Below, piece after piece: positions 13,293 to 24,304 of a DNA stretch of 64,000 nucleotides; position 1 is the first letter of the stretch, and each line of letters opens with the position of its first letter. Origin of the DNA: Tubulanus polymorphus (Eukaryota > Animalia > Nemertea); assembly GCF_964204645.1 (NCBI RefSeq), contig NC_134033.1:5914231-5978230 (forward strand), read 5' to 3'. The notes under the pieces are model-generated. The model was given only the letters and a program-made list of their open reading frames with translations, was not told the origin of the DNA and searched no databases. Both the position numbers and the translations under genes were made by a program.

Positions 13293-13961
13293 ATGGAACC
13301 AGAACAACCACAAACTATCAATATTACAAATAACACTAGCGTTATAAACATATACTACAAGAAGTGTTCTAAATGTGAATTAGATAAATTAGCTATAACA
13401 GAATTTAGTAAGCGTAAGATTAGCAAAGATGGTTTTCAAAATTGTTGTAAAACTTGTGCTAAACTATACACAAAACAATATCGAGAAGATAATATAAAAC
13501 ATCATAATTATTATATGACAAAATATATGAGAGAAAGATATCAAACAGATCTTAATTTTAGATTGAAACAATGCTTAAGGACTAGAATAACACAATTATT
13601 CAACAAAGAAACACATTCAGAAACACTATCTAATTTGTTGGGTTGTTCAGATGAATTTCTCAAATCATGGATAATATTTCAATTCGATGATAAAATGAAT
13701 ATAGATAATTATGGGGATTATTACCACATTGATCACGTGTTACCAATATCTAAATTTAACATGAATGATGAATACAATAAAAAACTTATTTGGGGTTGGA
13801 AAAATTTAAGGCCTTCAGAAAAGAAAGAAAATCAAACCAAATCTAATAAACTAGATTTACAGTTATATTTGGAACAGTTAACAAAAGCAAAGAAATTTAT
13901 TGAATTATGGAACAATAATCCAAATAATGAACAATATGTTGAGTCTTTAATGAGTGGTTAA
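13293..13961 (+). CDS. HNH-type endonuclease with N-terminal Cys zinc-binding region
   Basis: KKCSKC...CCKTC, then YHIDHVLP...WKNLRP...EN.TKSNK, the pattern seen in phage and giant-virus HNH nucleases. Confidence 0.75.
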   Translation: MEPEQPQTINITNNTSVINIYYKKCSKCELDKLAITEFSKRKISKDGFQNCCKTCAKLYTKQYREDNIKHHNYYMTKYMRERYQTDLNFRLKQCLRTRITQLFNKETHSETLSNLLGCSDEFLKSWIIFQFDDKMNIDNYGDYYHIDHVLPISKFNMNDEYNKKLIWGWKNLRPSEKKENQTKSNKLDLQLYLEQLTKAKKFIELWNNNPNNEQYVESLMSG

Positions 13962-14186
13962 AGAATAATATATCTCAAATAAAATATAATAAAAATTACA
14001 TACCTTCAACTAGCCATTATTTCTATTTTAATTTTTAATATTTTCTTTTCAAAAAAGAATACTTTATATCACAAATAAAAAATACTAAAAAAACAATAAC
14101 TAATACTAGAATTCTTTAGCTTTAACTAGCTAGTATCATTTGAAGAATACTTATAATATTTTTTTTGCTTTTTTTCTCTAATATAA

Positions 14187-14789
14187 ATGTCAAAGAAATC
14201 TAATAAGAATAGTATTGATATTGAAAAGACATTAGATGATTTGGGTATAAGTGATAATAAAGATACAGTTGCAACTAATTGTGCTCAAGTTAATAACAAT
14301 ATAGATTATGAATACTATTTATATTGTAAGCATCATCTTGAATTATTAATTGCTGGCGGGAAATCTAAGGACTTCTTAGGAAAAATAATAACTTTTCAAG
14401 AACTAGACTCTATGAAACCCGATAAAGTAATTAAATATTTTAAGATTTATGAAGAGTCAAGATTAGCTAGAATAAACGACTCTATAAGTGATGGTATTAT
14501 CAAATGTTATTCAAAATTATGTAACCGGCTAATACCAATTGATGATGAAAATAAATTATATAATGATTTGAAAAATGACTATTTAGTTATGACTGAATTA
14601 CAAAAATGGGTTGGATATGCTTCATTCCAATTAGGATCGGTTATGACATTGATTTCTACTGGTGTCATAACATTTTCGAACATCAAACCTATGGAATATA
14701 AATCAGGTAAGAACGAAACAGATGTACTACAACCAAACGTCGAAACAGAAGATGAATCAGAACAAAAATTAACTAAAATAAATGAGTGA
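14187..14789 (+). CDS. Polinton hypothetical protein (200 aa) with a C-terminal hydrophobic segment
   Basis: Intact ORF, TAAATG start, overlaps the next gene. Confidence 0.7.
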   Translation: MSKKSNKNSIDIEKTLDDLGISDNKDTVATNCAQVNNNIDYEYYLYCKHHLELLIAGGKSKDFLGKIITFQELDSMKPDKVIKYFKIYEESRLARINDSISDGIIKCYSKLCNRLIPIDDENKLYNDLKNDYLVMTELQKWVGYASFQLGSVMTLISTGVITFSNIKPMEYKSGKNETDVLQPNVETEDESEQKLTKINE

Positions 14790-15123
14790 TGGAGTTAAGA
14801 AAAAGGCTAGATCCGAGAAACAAATTAAATGGGCAAGAGAATTAGGTAAAAGATCATCAGAATTAAAAAAAGCTAAGAAAAAGAAATTAACTGATATAAA
14901 TGAATCTGGTATTGATTCAAATAATAATCCATCTAATTCTTCTAATAGTGGAAGAAATAATTACTTATATATTACAATTGGGTTAATCACAATTATTATA
15001 TTCTCCGGTGTAATATATAAATCAAAATTCAATTCTGATGATAAAGATGATTCTGATGATAAACCTATCATACCAGAAAATAAATCAAATGAAAATAAAT
15101 ATAAAATATTATTAATGGATTAA
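14782..15123 (+). CDS. Small basic single-pass membrane protein (113 aa)
   Basis: Lys/Arg-rich N-terminus; YLYITIGLITIIIFSGVIY transmembrane-like helix; TAAATG start. Confidence 0.7.
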   Translation: MSDGVKKKARSEKQIKWARELGKRSSELKKAKKKKLTDINESGIDSNNNPSNSSNSGRNNYLYITIGLITIIIFSGVIYKSKFNSDDKDDSDDKPIIPENKSNENKYKILLMD

Positions 15124-15126
15124 AAT

Positions 15127-16215
15127 ATGATGAAAAAAGAACAATATTTAAGAGATTTATATTACAACCCAGAAAGTGAAGTATCATATTCAAGTGTTTC
15201 AGAATTATGGAATAAAATTAAATCTGATAAAGAAAAAATAAAATATAGTGAATTAAAATCATGGTTACAAAATCAACCCACATATCAAATTCATAAAAAG
15301 ATGGATAAAAAATATTTAACAAGAAAAGTAATGGTTTCATATATTGACCAACAATAGCAAGCTGATTTAATTGACATGAAAAACTTAGAAGAATATAACA
15401 AAGGATATTTTTGGATACTAAATGTTATAGATATATTCAGTAGATACGCATGGTCAATTCCAATCAAAAATAAAACTGGTATAGAAGTTACAAATTCTTT
15501 CAAATTAATATTTAAAGAAGCTATTCCAGATAAAATACAATTTGATGAAGGTAAAGAATTTTATAACAAACATTTTAAAAAACTATTATCTGATAACGAA
15601 GTAGAATATTTTTCAACACATTCAGATAAAAAAGCATCTGTTATAGAAAGATTTAATAAAACATTGAAAACTAGAATGTGGAAATATTTCACCGCTAATG
15701 AAACATATAAATATATCGATGTGTTAGATGATTTAGTGAAAGGTTATAATAATTCTAAACATAGTTCTATAAATATGAAACCCATACAAGCTAGAAAAGA
15801 AGATAATTCGGAAATAGTTTGGAATAATTTATATGGAGCATTTGTTACACATGATTTTGGAGAACCTAAATTTAAAATAGGACAACATGTTAGAATTTCT
15901 AAATATCGAAAAACATTTTATAAAGGTTATACCTCTAATTTTACTGAAGAAATATTCAAGATTAAAAAGATAATATTAACTAAACCTTTTGTTTATAAAT
16001 TAGAAGATTTAAAAGATGAAGAAATATTAGGTTATTTTTATGAACAAGAATTATCATTAGTACCAAATCCAGATGAAATAGAATACAAAATAGAAAAGGT
16101 ATTGAAAACAAAAACTCTTAAAGGAAAAAAGTATTCTTTGGTGAAATATGAAGGATATGATGATAAATTTAATGAATGGATTTTATCTAGTAAAATTAAA
16201 AGAATAAATGAATAA
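15127..16215 (+). pseudogene. int: Retroviral-type (rve) DDE integrase with C-terminal chromodomain; premature TAG at 15355-15357
   Basis: DQQ*QADLIDM (W codon to TAG), VIDIFSRYAW, QFDEGKEF, KASVIERFNKTLK, YKIEKVLK...LVKYEGYDDKFNEWI. Confidence 0.93.
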
Positions 16216-16826
16216 AGATTTATTTATATTTGAACCACATAATATGTTAGTTACTGGAGTTACAAATTGTGGTAAAACACACTTCATATTAGATTTGTTA
16301 GAAACTATTTATAAAAATCATTTTGATAATATAATATTATTCTGTCCTACATATGAAATGAATAAAACATATAATAGAGATATAGTTAAGATAAAAAAGT
16401 TTATTATATTAGACCCTAAAACAGTAAAAGAAAATTTAGATAATTGTATAAAAATTACATTAGATATTTATAAAGGATCTAATAAATTATTTATTATTGA
16501 TGATTGCGCAAATTTACATGATTCTAAAATTAGAGAAAGTGAATTATGTTATTTAGCTCTCTCTGGTAGACATTTTGGGATAACAACTTAAATCAGAAAA
16601 TTTAAATCAGAAATATAATTCAATTGTGAAAGATTTTAGAGAGAATATAAGATTTCTAGTTTTATTCTACAACAAAGATAGAACATCTATGCAACAATCA
16701 TTGGAAGAAAATCAAATTATACCTACTGAATTACATGATGAATATATGAATAAATTAAAAAATAATAAAGGTTCAAAATTATTACTGAGATTACAATTTC
16801 CTTATGAATATAAATTTATAAAATAA
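16208..16826 (+). pseudogene. A32/FtsK-like genome-packaging ATPase, disrupted at ~16589
   Basis: Walker A GVTNCGKT, Walker B FIIDD, GRH motif; the frame resumes NQKYNSIVKDFREN after a short duplication. Confidence 0.9.
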
Positions 16827-16849
16827 CTATTTGTATGCCTATGTATTAG

Positions 16850-16940
16850 ATACCCTATTATATACCCTAATACCTGATACCCCTAATACCTGATACCCTA
16901 ATACCTGATACCTTAATACCTGATACCCTATTAGATACCT
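16850..16940. repeat. 15-bp tandem repeat (TACCCTAATACCTGA, ~4.5 copies) at the convergence of the two gene blocks
   Basis: Directly visible. Confidence 0.85.
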
Positions 16941-16997
16941 TAAATAATTTAAAACCCTTTTTTATTTACTATTATTTTATACAATTTTTAACCTTTA

Positions 16998-17930
16998 TTA
17001 TTCAATTTCTGAATCACTTTCACTATCAGACGCTAACAACATATTTAAATACTCTACCGAATCTTCTTCAACATCTTTATAATTTTTTTTCACCTTTTTC
17101 GCCTTTTTTACCACACCACCAATAGTTGTTTCATTGTTACGCTTATTGATCCTTTTTATCATATCATCAAAAGTTTCTTCTTTATGTTTCATAGAATCTT
17201 TAATATCAATATGTTTAACTGTAACTATATCATCATGTGGGTGTATGGCATCATTTTCATTATCATCTTTATTAGTGTTTGCTCCTAATATTTCATTTAC
17301 AGTGTTTGATCCTAATATTTCATTAGCATCGGTTAAATCTAATTCATCTTTATTAGGTGTTGCTAATAATAAATCTTCATATATTTTTTCACCATTTACT
17401 TTTTTATTTGAAACAAACTTTGTAACATATCTAAATGGGTGTTCTATAAATTCTTTTTTGCCAACACGTTCTATAACATTAGTAATATGTGAATTTGAAT
17501 TCATATGTTTATTCCAATTTGATGGAGCGTTTGAAAATTCACCATTACAATAACCACAATAATTTCTATTTTCACTAACATTTAATATTATTGCATTATT
17601 AGATGTAGAAGGTATTACGTTATTAGATGTAGTAGGTATTACAGATGTAGTAGGTATTACGTTATTAGATGTAGTAGGTATTACAGATGTAGTAGTAGGT
17701 ATTACAGATGTAGTAGGTATTACAGGTGTAGTAGGTATTACATTATTATCAATTACACTATTATTAACAACACCACTTTTATTATTATTGATTTCTATCA
17801 GTTTAGTTTTATAATTTTTAAAAATAGGATCAAATATCAAAGCTATATTACAAGGTATTACATAATATAAACCATCATTATTTTCATGTGTATCGATGTA
17901 TGGAATATGTTTATATACTTTACCTTCCAT
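16998..17930 (-). CDS. Hypothetical protein with VIPTT(S) repeats and a C2H2/matrin-type zinc finger
   Basis: VIPT repeats; CGYCNGEFSNAPSNWNKHMNSNSH; TAAATG start. Confidence 0.7.
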   Translation of the reverse strand: MEGKVYKHIPYIDTHENNDGLYYVIPCNIALIFDPIFKNYKTKLIEINNNKSGVVNNSVIDNNVIPTTPVIPTTSVIPTTTSVIPTTSNNVIPTTSVIPTTSNNVIPSTSNNAIILNVSENRNYCGYCNGEFSNAPSNWNKHMNSNSHITNVIERVGKKEFIEHPFRYVTKFVSNKKVNGEKIYEDLLLATPNKDELDLTDANEILGSNTVNEILGANTNKDDNENDAIHPHDDIVTVKHIDIKDSMKHKEETFDDMIKRINKRNNETTIGGVVKKAKKVKKNYKDVEEDSVEYLNMLLASDSESDSEIE

Positions 17931-17962
17931 TTATTATATATATTTTTATTAAAGTTAAAATT

Positions 17963-19210
17963 TTAATACATAACACTATCTAATTGTGAATTTATAATAT
18001 TTAATTGTGCGTCAGATATAATATAAATGTGCATTTTAAAATTTTTGATTCCCTTTTTCTTTGTCATGAATAATTGTATCCCATCTTTTGTATTTTGTAA
18101 TTTTTTCCCAGAACCATGTAATAAGTTATCTTCAGTTGTTCTAAAATCTAACCATAATGCAAATTTATTACCGGTATAATAATCAATTTGATTAATGTTA
18201 CAATTTTCAAATGATTTTACTTTTTCATTCATAAAATGTTTTTTAATTTCTACCCATTGATCTATCATTCTCATTCCTTGACAAAATATTTTATTCGCTA
18301 TACCTTCGATAGTTATTTCTACTTTTGTTATTTCAGGATTATAATAATTATCAACATTTATTGCGCCATTAGTATACGTTCCAATAGTAAAAAATATTAA
18401 TATACCTTTAATAGATCTTCTAGGAAAGTTAATATTCTCATTTATTATTTCATCATTTGCATTAATAGTTACAGTTTTAAATTTATCAATATAATCATAT
18501 AATAATGAAAACCCTTGATTGTATTGAGTTTGAATTGTTCTAGCAATATTTTCATCAGTTACTGTATCATATTCTAAACATATATTCGATAATTTATAAC
18601 TCATATCTTTATTAACGCTAGATATTACAATTTCATTTACAGGAGCAAATGTTATCTCAAATATAATATCTTCTTGAATTGTGTATTTATATAAAGGTGC
18701 ATTATTATTTATCAATTCAAAGTCTAATGGAATTTTATATTTGCTTCCATATATACTTTTTATCAATTTATCTACATCATTAGTTAATATTGCGCTATTA
18801 GCTTCGGATCTTAATTTATTTTGGTTTTCTGATTGGATTCCTTGAAATATCATATTATTTCTGTTTTCTTTAGTTAACCATAAATCTTTATAATGCATAA
18901 ATAAATTATAATCATCTAATGAGAAAACTGTTTCTGGACCAATCTTTATTGTTAACTTTTTAATCAAATATCTTCCAACATTATCAACGACATAATTATT
19001 AGTATTACCGATTACTTTTATATCAGCTGATAAATAAATACTATTTGGAACATAAAAAGTATTTTGCGTTAATCGAGGGATTCTAACGTATAAAGTTTCA
19101 TCGGGATTAATATTTGAAGGGTTATGAGTAATTATATGATGTGATCTTTCTGCTTTAATAGCATTAGATATTCTATGATTCTTAGAAGGATTGATATAAC
19201 TCCCACTCAT
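17963..19210 (-). CDS. Major capsid protein (double jelly-roll), intact
   Basis: 415 aa, beta-strand-rich. RIPRL..VPNSIYLSADI..VVDNVGRYLIKKL and FALWLDFR..LHGSG motifs resemble Polinton major capsid proteins. Confidence 0.8.
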   Translation of the reverse strand: MSGSYINPSKNHRISNAIKAERSHHIITHNPSNINPDETLYVRIPRLTQNTFYVPNSIYLSADIKVIGNTNNYVVDNVGRYLIKKLTIKIGPETVFSLDDYNLFMHYKDLWLTKENRNNMIFQGIQSENQNKLRSEANSAILTNDVDKLIKSIYGSKYKIPLDFELINNNAPLYKYTIQEDIIFEITFAPVNEIVISSVNKDMSYKLSNICLEYDTVTDENIARTIQTQYNQGFSLLYDYIDKFKTVTINANDEIINENINFPRRSIKGILIFFTIGTYTNGAINVDNYYNPEITKVEITIEGIANKIFCQGMRMIDQWVEIKKHFMNEKVKSFENCNINQIDYYTGNKFALWLDFRTTEDNLLHGSGKKLQNTKDGIQLFMTKKKGIKNFKMHIYIISDAQLNIINSQLDSVMY

Positions 19211-19252
19211 TTATTTAACAAAAAAAATTAATTATTTATTTTTGATCATGGT

Positions 19253-20695
19253 TTACTTGATATTTTTTGATATCATATTTACTAAACCAAAAATAATAGC
19301 ACTTACAACTGTGATTAAAAATAAAATAATATGTTCAGCAGCAAAGTTAATAATGTTTCCTGCAGATTTCAATATAAAACCAACAATTGAAGCAATAACT
19401 CCTGGCAATGCTGCAGCAGATTTTTTAGATAGTTCCCATAAATATTTTGCTAATTTCTTTAAACCATCTTTAACTTTATCTTGTATAGAATTATTGCCTG
19501 GAGGTTTATCTGGTTTATTGGGAGTGGGAGTAGATTTCAAAGCATTTGATATTGCTAAACCAATTGTTGTAAATACCATAGTTACAGCTGTTAGAATTGA
19601 AAGAATTGTTATTCCTTCTAATTTAAATAATAATTTTATTCTATCTTTTAGTGATATGTCAGAATTTGGTTTTAGTATTAACTCTTTAACAACAACTTTT
19701 AATCTATTGATACAATAATCGTATGATGTTGATAATAATTTCATTTTTTCTTTCTGAAATTCTATGTTATATTCTAAATCATCAATTTCTTTTTCTAAAC
19801 GTAATTCTTTTTGTTTATATTCTATTTCATCAATTACTTGATAATCTAAATCAGACTTTAATTGTTCTATTTCTTTATTTTTATCAGTTAATTCTTTTTC
19901 TAAAGTTCTAATTTTTTGATCTCTTATACTTTTATTATATGCAATATTTTCAGATGCAAGTCTTATACTAACAATTTCTCTTATTGCTTTATCAGAAAAT
20001 ATATCTAAATCTTCTAATTGTTGATTTGTTGCATCAAGTAATCCATTTGGTAAAAGTTTTTCAGTTTGAACTTCTCTTGAATTAGGTTTACTAGTTTTGG
20101 AAGTTTTATCTTCTTTAGGAATTGTTTCTGGTTCTAAATTTTCATTAATTATCTTCAAAAAATCATTATTTCTTCGATTAAATTCTCTTCTATTTTGATT
20201 TATCTCTTCTTTTGTAACATCAGTTATAACATCATTATTGATTTTCTTAATTCTAGATTGTTCTAATTTAATAAAAGTTGATTTTGTTATTATTTTATCA
20301 AGACTTTTATTAGAAGAAATCTTAAAATAATAGTCATCTTTCAAATGCCAATAATAATCACCATTTAAATATTTCAAATCTTTTACTAAATAATTCACAC
20401 CTTTATTTGTTATATTGAATCCAGATTTTTCTAATATTGGTTTGAATTTATCAGTTAATTCGTCATATTCTAGTTCTTTTTTCATTAAATCTGGATTTTC
20501 ATTTTCAATGTCCAATCTTGAACGTGCTTTATTAACATATTCATTAGTATCAGGTCTTGCTAAATTAGAATTATATGCTGATTCATCATCATTATCAATA
20601 TTAGTTTCTGCATCATTATAATCATCATCAATATATCCTTCATTATCATTTCCCATTTCTCCCATTTCATAATCTTCTCCACCTTCTACATCCAT
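19253..20695 (-). CDS. Coiled-coil protein with C-terminal hydrophobic/amphipathic helices (480 aa)
   Basis: Acidic N-terminus, heptad-rich middle, ITILSILTAVTMVFTTIGLAI and IILFLITVVSAIIFGLV. Confidence 0.75.
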   Translation of the reverse strand: MDVEGGEDYEMGEMGNDNEGYIDDDYNDAETNIDNDDESAYNSNLARPDTNEYVNKARSRLDIENENPDLMKKELEYDELTDKFKPILEKSGFNITNKGVNYLVKDLKYLNGDYYWHLKDDYYFKISSNKSLDKIITKSTFIKLEQSRIKKINNDVITDVTKEEINQNRREFNRRNNDFLKIINENLEPETIPKEDKTSKTSKPNSREVQTEKLLPNGLLDATNQQLEDLDIFSDKAIREIVSIRLASENIAYNKSIRDQKIRTLEKELTDKNKEIEQLKSDLDYQVIDEIEYKQKELRLEKEIDDLEYNIEFQKEKMKLLSTSYDYCINRLKVVVKELILKPNSDISLKDRIKLLFKLEGITILSILTAVTMVFTTIGLAISNALKSTPTPNKPDKPPGNNSIQDKVKDGLKKLAKYLWELSKKSAAALPGVIASIVGFILKSAGNIINFAAEHIILFLITVVSAIIFGLVNMISKNIK

Positions 20696-20711
20696 TTACA
20701 TAATAAAAAAA

Positions 20712-22019
20712 TTAAAATTTAAAATATAATATTCCTCCGATTACAATTCCTATACAAGTTATAGCTAATTTAGTATTTTCATGGGATTTATTATCATCAT
20801 TAGTTTTAATTATATCATGTTGAATTTTATCAGTTCTATTATTTTCTGATGTATTGTAATCTTTTATTTTAGAATCATTATTTAATTTAATATTCTTAGT
20901 TTTAGTTTCTGTTGATTGAATATGTTTTTTATTTTTTTTTACCTTCCATTAATTTTGGAGCAGTAATAATCTTTTTATTTATACCATTCAATCCAAATGA
21001 ATTATTTATTGTTGCAGTTTTAATTAGATTATTATAACCAATTATGTTTCCCATCTTTAATACTAAATCATTAGAAATAATTAATAGATTAGGGCCTATA
21101 CAATAATTAAGTCTTACATGAGATTTATCTAAATAATTTTGATATCTTATAATGTTTTCTGGAATCGATCTATTTTTATCATCATGTATGGAATCTTCAA
21201 ATAAAACTTTAAACTGTTTCTGCGCATCGAATGAAGTGTTATCATTTCCAATTATTGGGGATCTTGTTTCAACTTGGGCGCCTAGAATACATATCAAATA
21301 AATTCTAATAGATTGATTTATTCTTTGTATACCTGATTTTGTAAAACCTTCACCATTTTCTAAAATGAAATTAACCCAACCATTATTATTATCAATTTTA
21401 TAATTATGATAAGCTGAAATTCTATGCATATAATCAATTCTTTTTATTTCAAACTCTTCACCAACACCTTGCAATTTACCATGCGCTCTAAAATCGGAAT
21501 TAATATTTATATTAAATTCATTACATATTTTATAAAACTTGGATATATTAATATTATTATCCAATTCTTTAAAATATTTAGACCCGGGTAAAGGACATTC
21601 TAATTCATTTAATATTATTCTGATTTGAAAATATGTGTGAAATCTAAATATTGTGTGAATTAATTTTAAATCAGAATACTTCAAATTTTTATCTAAGTTA
21701 TTTAAATGATCATTCCAACTTATTCCACATCCTGTTGTTGTACAATAAACAGCAAAATTTAATTGATTCTGCCAATATTTCATATTAGATTTTACTTTAT
21801 ATATATGATATTCATCTCGAGTAAAAGTAACTTCATATGTATTAAATATATTTTCCATTTTAGAAATAAAAAACTGTGATTCATTAACATAAATTTCTAA
21901 ATTAGTTAATGAATTTAAAACTATATTTTTATATGTAATATTTTCTTAAAATCTATTGCCGGAATATTATATTTAATTGATTTATTATATTGGAAAGCTT
22001 TTGGAAAACTATCTGCCAT
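20712..22019 (-). pseudogene. Polinton hypothetical protein (~435 aa when repaired) with a C-terminal membrane anchor; two A-run frameshifts
   Basis: MADSFPKAF start at TAAATG, frameshift ~21940, core ORF 20929-21858, frameshift ~20935, tail HENTKLAITCIGIVIGGILYFKF*. Confidence 0.7.
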
Positions 22020-22035
22020 TTATATAATTAAAAAA

Positions 22036-22470
22036 TTAATAATTTATTAATTCTTTTAATAATTTATCTTGTTCTTCAACTGTTATATGACCATTTAAAC
22101 TTATTATATAATCTAGTGTGTTCTTTGATTTATTAATTTCTTTTATATTAGTTTTGATTTTTTCTTTATTACTTTTTATATTTAATTTTGAACTTATACC
22201 AGTTAAAACACTTGAACTTAATCCTAATACACCAATTGATATAGCTAAAGGTGTTAATGGACTGAATATTGCTAGAAATGTTATTACAGAACTAATTGTA
22301 ACCGAACCACTTATAATCAAATAATATATAATTTTACTTTTTAAATATTTTTTCTTTTTTATCTTTAAGTCACTTTCAAATTCTAATATTTGTTTTTCTA
22401 AATATATTTTTAATTTAGTTTTATTTATATCATGAGGAATAATATCAATACTATCAACTTTATCTTCCAT
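22036..22470 (-). CDS. Two-transmembrane hairpin protein (144 aa)
   Basis: IIYYLIISGSVTISSVITFLAIF and LAISIGVLGLSSSVLTGI flanked by charged helices. Confidence 0.7.
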   Translation of the reverse strand: MEDKVDSIDIIPHDINKTKLKIYLEKQILEFESDLKIKKKKYLKSKIIYYLIISGSVTISSVITFLAIFSPLTPLAISIGVLGLSSSVLTGISSKLNIKSNKEKIKTNIKEINKSKNTLDYIISLNGHITVEEQDKLLKELINY

Positions 22471-22489
22471 TTATTTAGAATAAAAATTA

Positions 22490-22912
22490 CTAATTAGTAA
22501 ACTTATAAGCAACAAATATAACAATAACTGTTCCACCTAAAATCCATATTATTTCATATTTCTGTTGTTCTTTACTTGGGGTATAATAATCTGATAATTT
22601 AGGTTTGTATAGATGTAATTTTTCTTTATTTGTTACTGCGTTATATAAACTCATTGCATCATCAACTGATTGAAAATCTCTATGTGAAATCTTCTGATCA
22701 TATAATTCTTTATTGATGTCATCCATATAGTTTTGTCTTTTTTCTCTATATTCTTCTGCAGCTTTATTGTATTTCTCTAACGCTAAGTTATGTCTTCTTT
22801 GTTCACCTAATGAACTATTTTTATCAATATGTTTAAATAAATAACCACCACCAGTAAATGCTAAAGCGTTAACAATTGCTGATCCTATAATAGTTATAAT
22901 TGCAGAAGCCAT
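22490..22912 (-). CDS. Membrane-associated protein (140 aa)
   Basis: Hydrophobic N-terminus (AIITIIGSAIVNALAFTGGG) and C-terminal IIWILGGTVIVIFVAY. Confidence 0.7.
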   Translation of the reverse strand: MASAIITIIGSAIVNALAFTGGGYLFKHIDKNSSLGEQRRHNLALEKYNKAAEEYREKRQNYMDDINKELYDQKISHRDFQSVDDAMSLYNAVTNKEKLHLYKPKLSDYYTPSKEQQKYEIIWILGGTVIVIFVAYKFTN

Positions 22913-22937
22913 TTATTTAACAAAAAAAATTATGCAT

Positions 22938-23159
22938 TTATATGGGAGGAATATATTTTTGTTTTTCCAAATAATCAATAGTTAAATTAGATAAAGTAAC
23001 TGCTAACGTTAACTTTAAAATATCATTTATATCAAATCTATCAACATTAACACTTCCCATTTTGAATACTTTTTTTAATACCATTGAATAACCAACAGTT
23101 CCAACTGATAGTAATGCGCCATTATATAATCCAGTTATTATCCACTTATTATCACTCAT
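22938..23159 (-). CDS. Small hydrophobic protein (73 aa)
   Basis: TAAATG start; two apolar segments. Confidence 0.6.
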   Translation of the reverse strand: MSDNKWIITGLYNGALLSVGTVGYSMVLKKVFKMGSVNVDRFDINDILKLTLAVTLSNLTIDYLEKQKYIPPI

Positions 23160-23515
23160 TTATTTATCAAAAAATTACTATCATCAAAATATTTAGTTAA
23201 CTTATTTATAATTAATTCAACATTTATTTTATTACTAGTTTCATTTGTATATATTTCAATTATTATTTTTTTAATATCATCGATTATAAAATCTTCATCT
23301 AATTCATAAAATCTTAAAGATTCTCTAATTAAATTAGTAATCTTTTCTACATTTAAAGTTTCTTTATCAATTGTTGTTTCATACTCAAATGTTGTTTCAT
23401 TAGAAAATGCAATATTTTTGATATGTGTTATTACATCATTAATGTTAAATTTCATTTCTTTCTCACGTTTAAAATCAAATCCAAAACATATACTCGGTCC
23501 AACAGTTATATTCAT
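23156..23515 (-). CDS. Hypothetical protein (119 aa)
   Basis: TAAATG start; ATGA overlap with the downstream gene. Confidence 0.6.
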   Translation of the reverse strand: MNITVGPSICFGFDFKREKEMKFNINDVITHIKNIAFSNETTFEYETTIDKETLNVEKITNLIRESLRFYELDEDFIIDDIKKIIIEIYTNETSNKINVELIINKLTKYFDDSNFLINK

Positions 23516-23531
23516 TTATATATCAAAAAAA

Positions 23532-24287
23532 TTACTCTTTACATCTTATAACTAATTCATAAATTACAGGAAAGTTATTTAAATCAATTAAGCATCCATT
23601 ATGATTTCTTATTTCTAATTTAAAATTATTAAATTTAGGAATGCAAGGTTTAAAATCACATTCTGTTAAATTATAATTTATTTGAGTTCCAAATTGTTTA
23701 ACATTTTTTAGCGGTAAAATATTTAGTATACTAGAACTACAAATTGTTTCTTTAGTTGCTTCGAAAGTTTTTGTAGGCTCGATTAAATTGCAATAAATAT
23801 AAAAGTGTGTAAAAGGTATTATATTTGAGCTGCCTTCTGCGTTTCCAGTAACTGTAAGCGGTTTAATTCCTAACATTTTAGCCAGTGGTTTGTTTACCAT
23901 AAATTTATGTTGTTCATTAGATATTTTTATTCTAATTTTATTAGTACTATCAATTTCATTAAATTTAATTTCAAATACAGAAGTGCCCCCGATTTTCAAC
24001 CGAGCTCTTCTATTAATTTCCTGCGCTAATGATTCTAAATTATATAATCCTGGTTTTAAAAATATATGAAACCATTTATCTTTATTTCTCATATAAATCA
24101 TAAACCCTCTATGTTCAAAAGTTTTATCCGATATATTATAAAAAGAATTACATAAACTTATATTAACTAATTTTAAATCTACACAATTCTTAAATTCTCT
24201 ATCTAATTGAACTAATAAATTATGTGATTTATAATTTGTAAGCCTTCTAGAATCAACAAATATTCTGTATTCTTTTAATTCCGCCAT
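23532..24287 (-). CDS. Minor capsid protein (penton, single jelly-roll), intact
   Basis: IFVDS, NSFYNI, PGLYN, LAKMLG, YIYCNLI, LEIRN..G.LIDLN pattern of Polinton/virophage pentons. Confidence 0.8.
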   Translation of the reverse strand: MAELKEYRIFVDSRRLTNYKSHNLLVQLDREFKNCVDLKLVNISLCNSFYNISDKTFEHRGFMIYMRNKDKWFHIFLKPGLYNLESLAQEINRRARLKIGGTSVFEIKFNEIDSTNKIRIKISNEQHKFMVNKPLAKMLGIKPLTVTGNAEGSSNIIPFTHFYIYCNLIEPTKTFEATKETICSSSILNILPLKNVKQFGTQINYNLTECDFKPCIPKFNNFKLEIRNHNGCLIDLNNFPVIYELVIRCKE

Positions 24288-24304
24288 TTATTTTACATAT
24301 TTTC

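Noticed and set aside
17134-22324. Plus-strand ORFs opposite Polinton genes (17134, 19242, 19723, 20415, 22118)
   Set aside because: Antisense shadows of the real minus-strand genes; they lack the TAAATG start.
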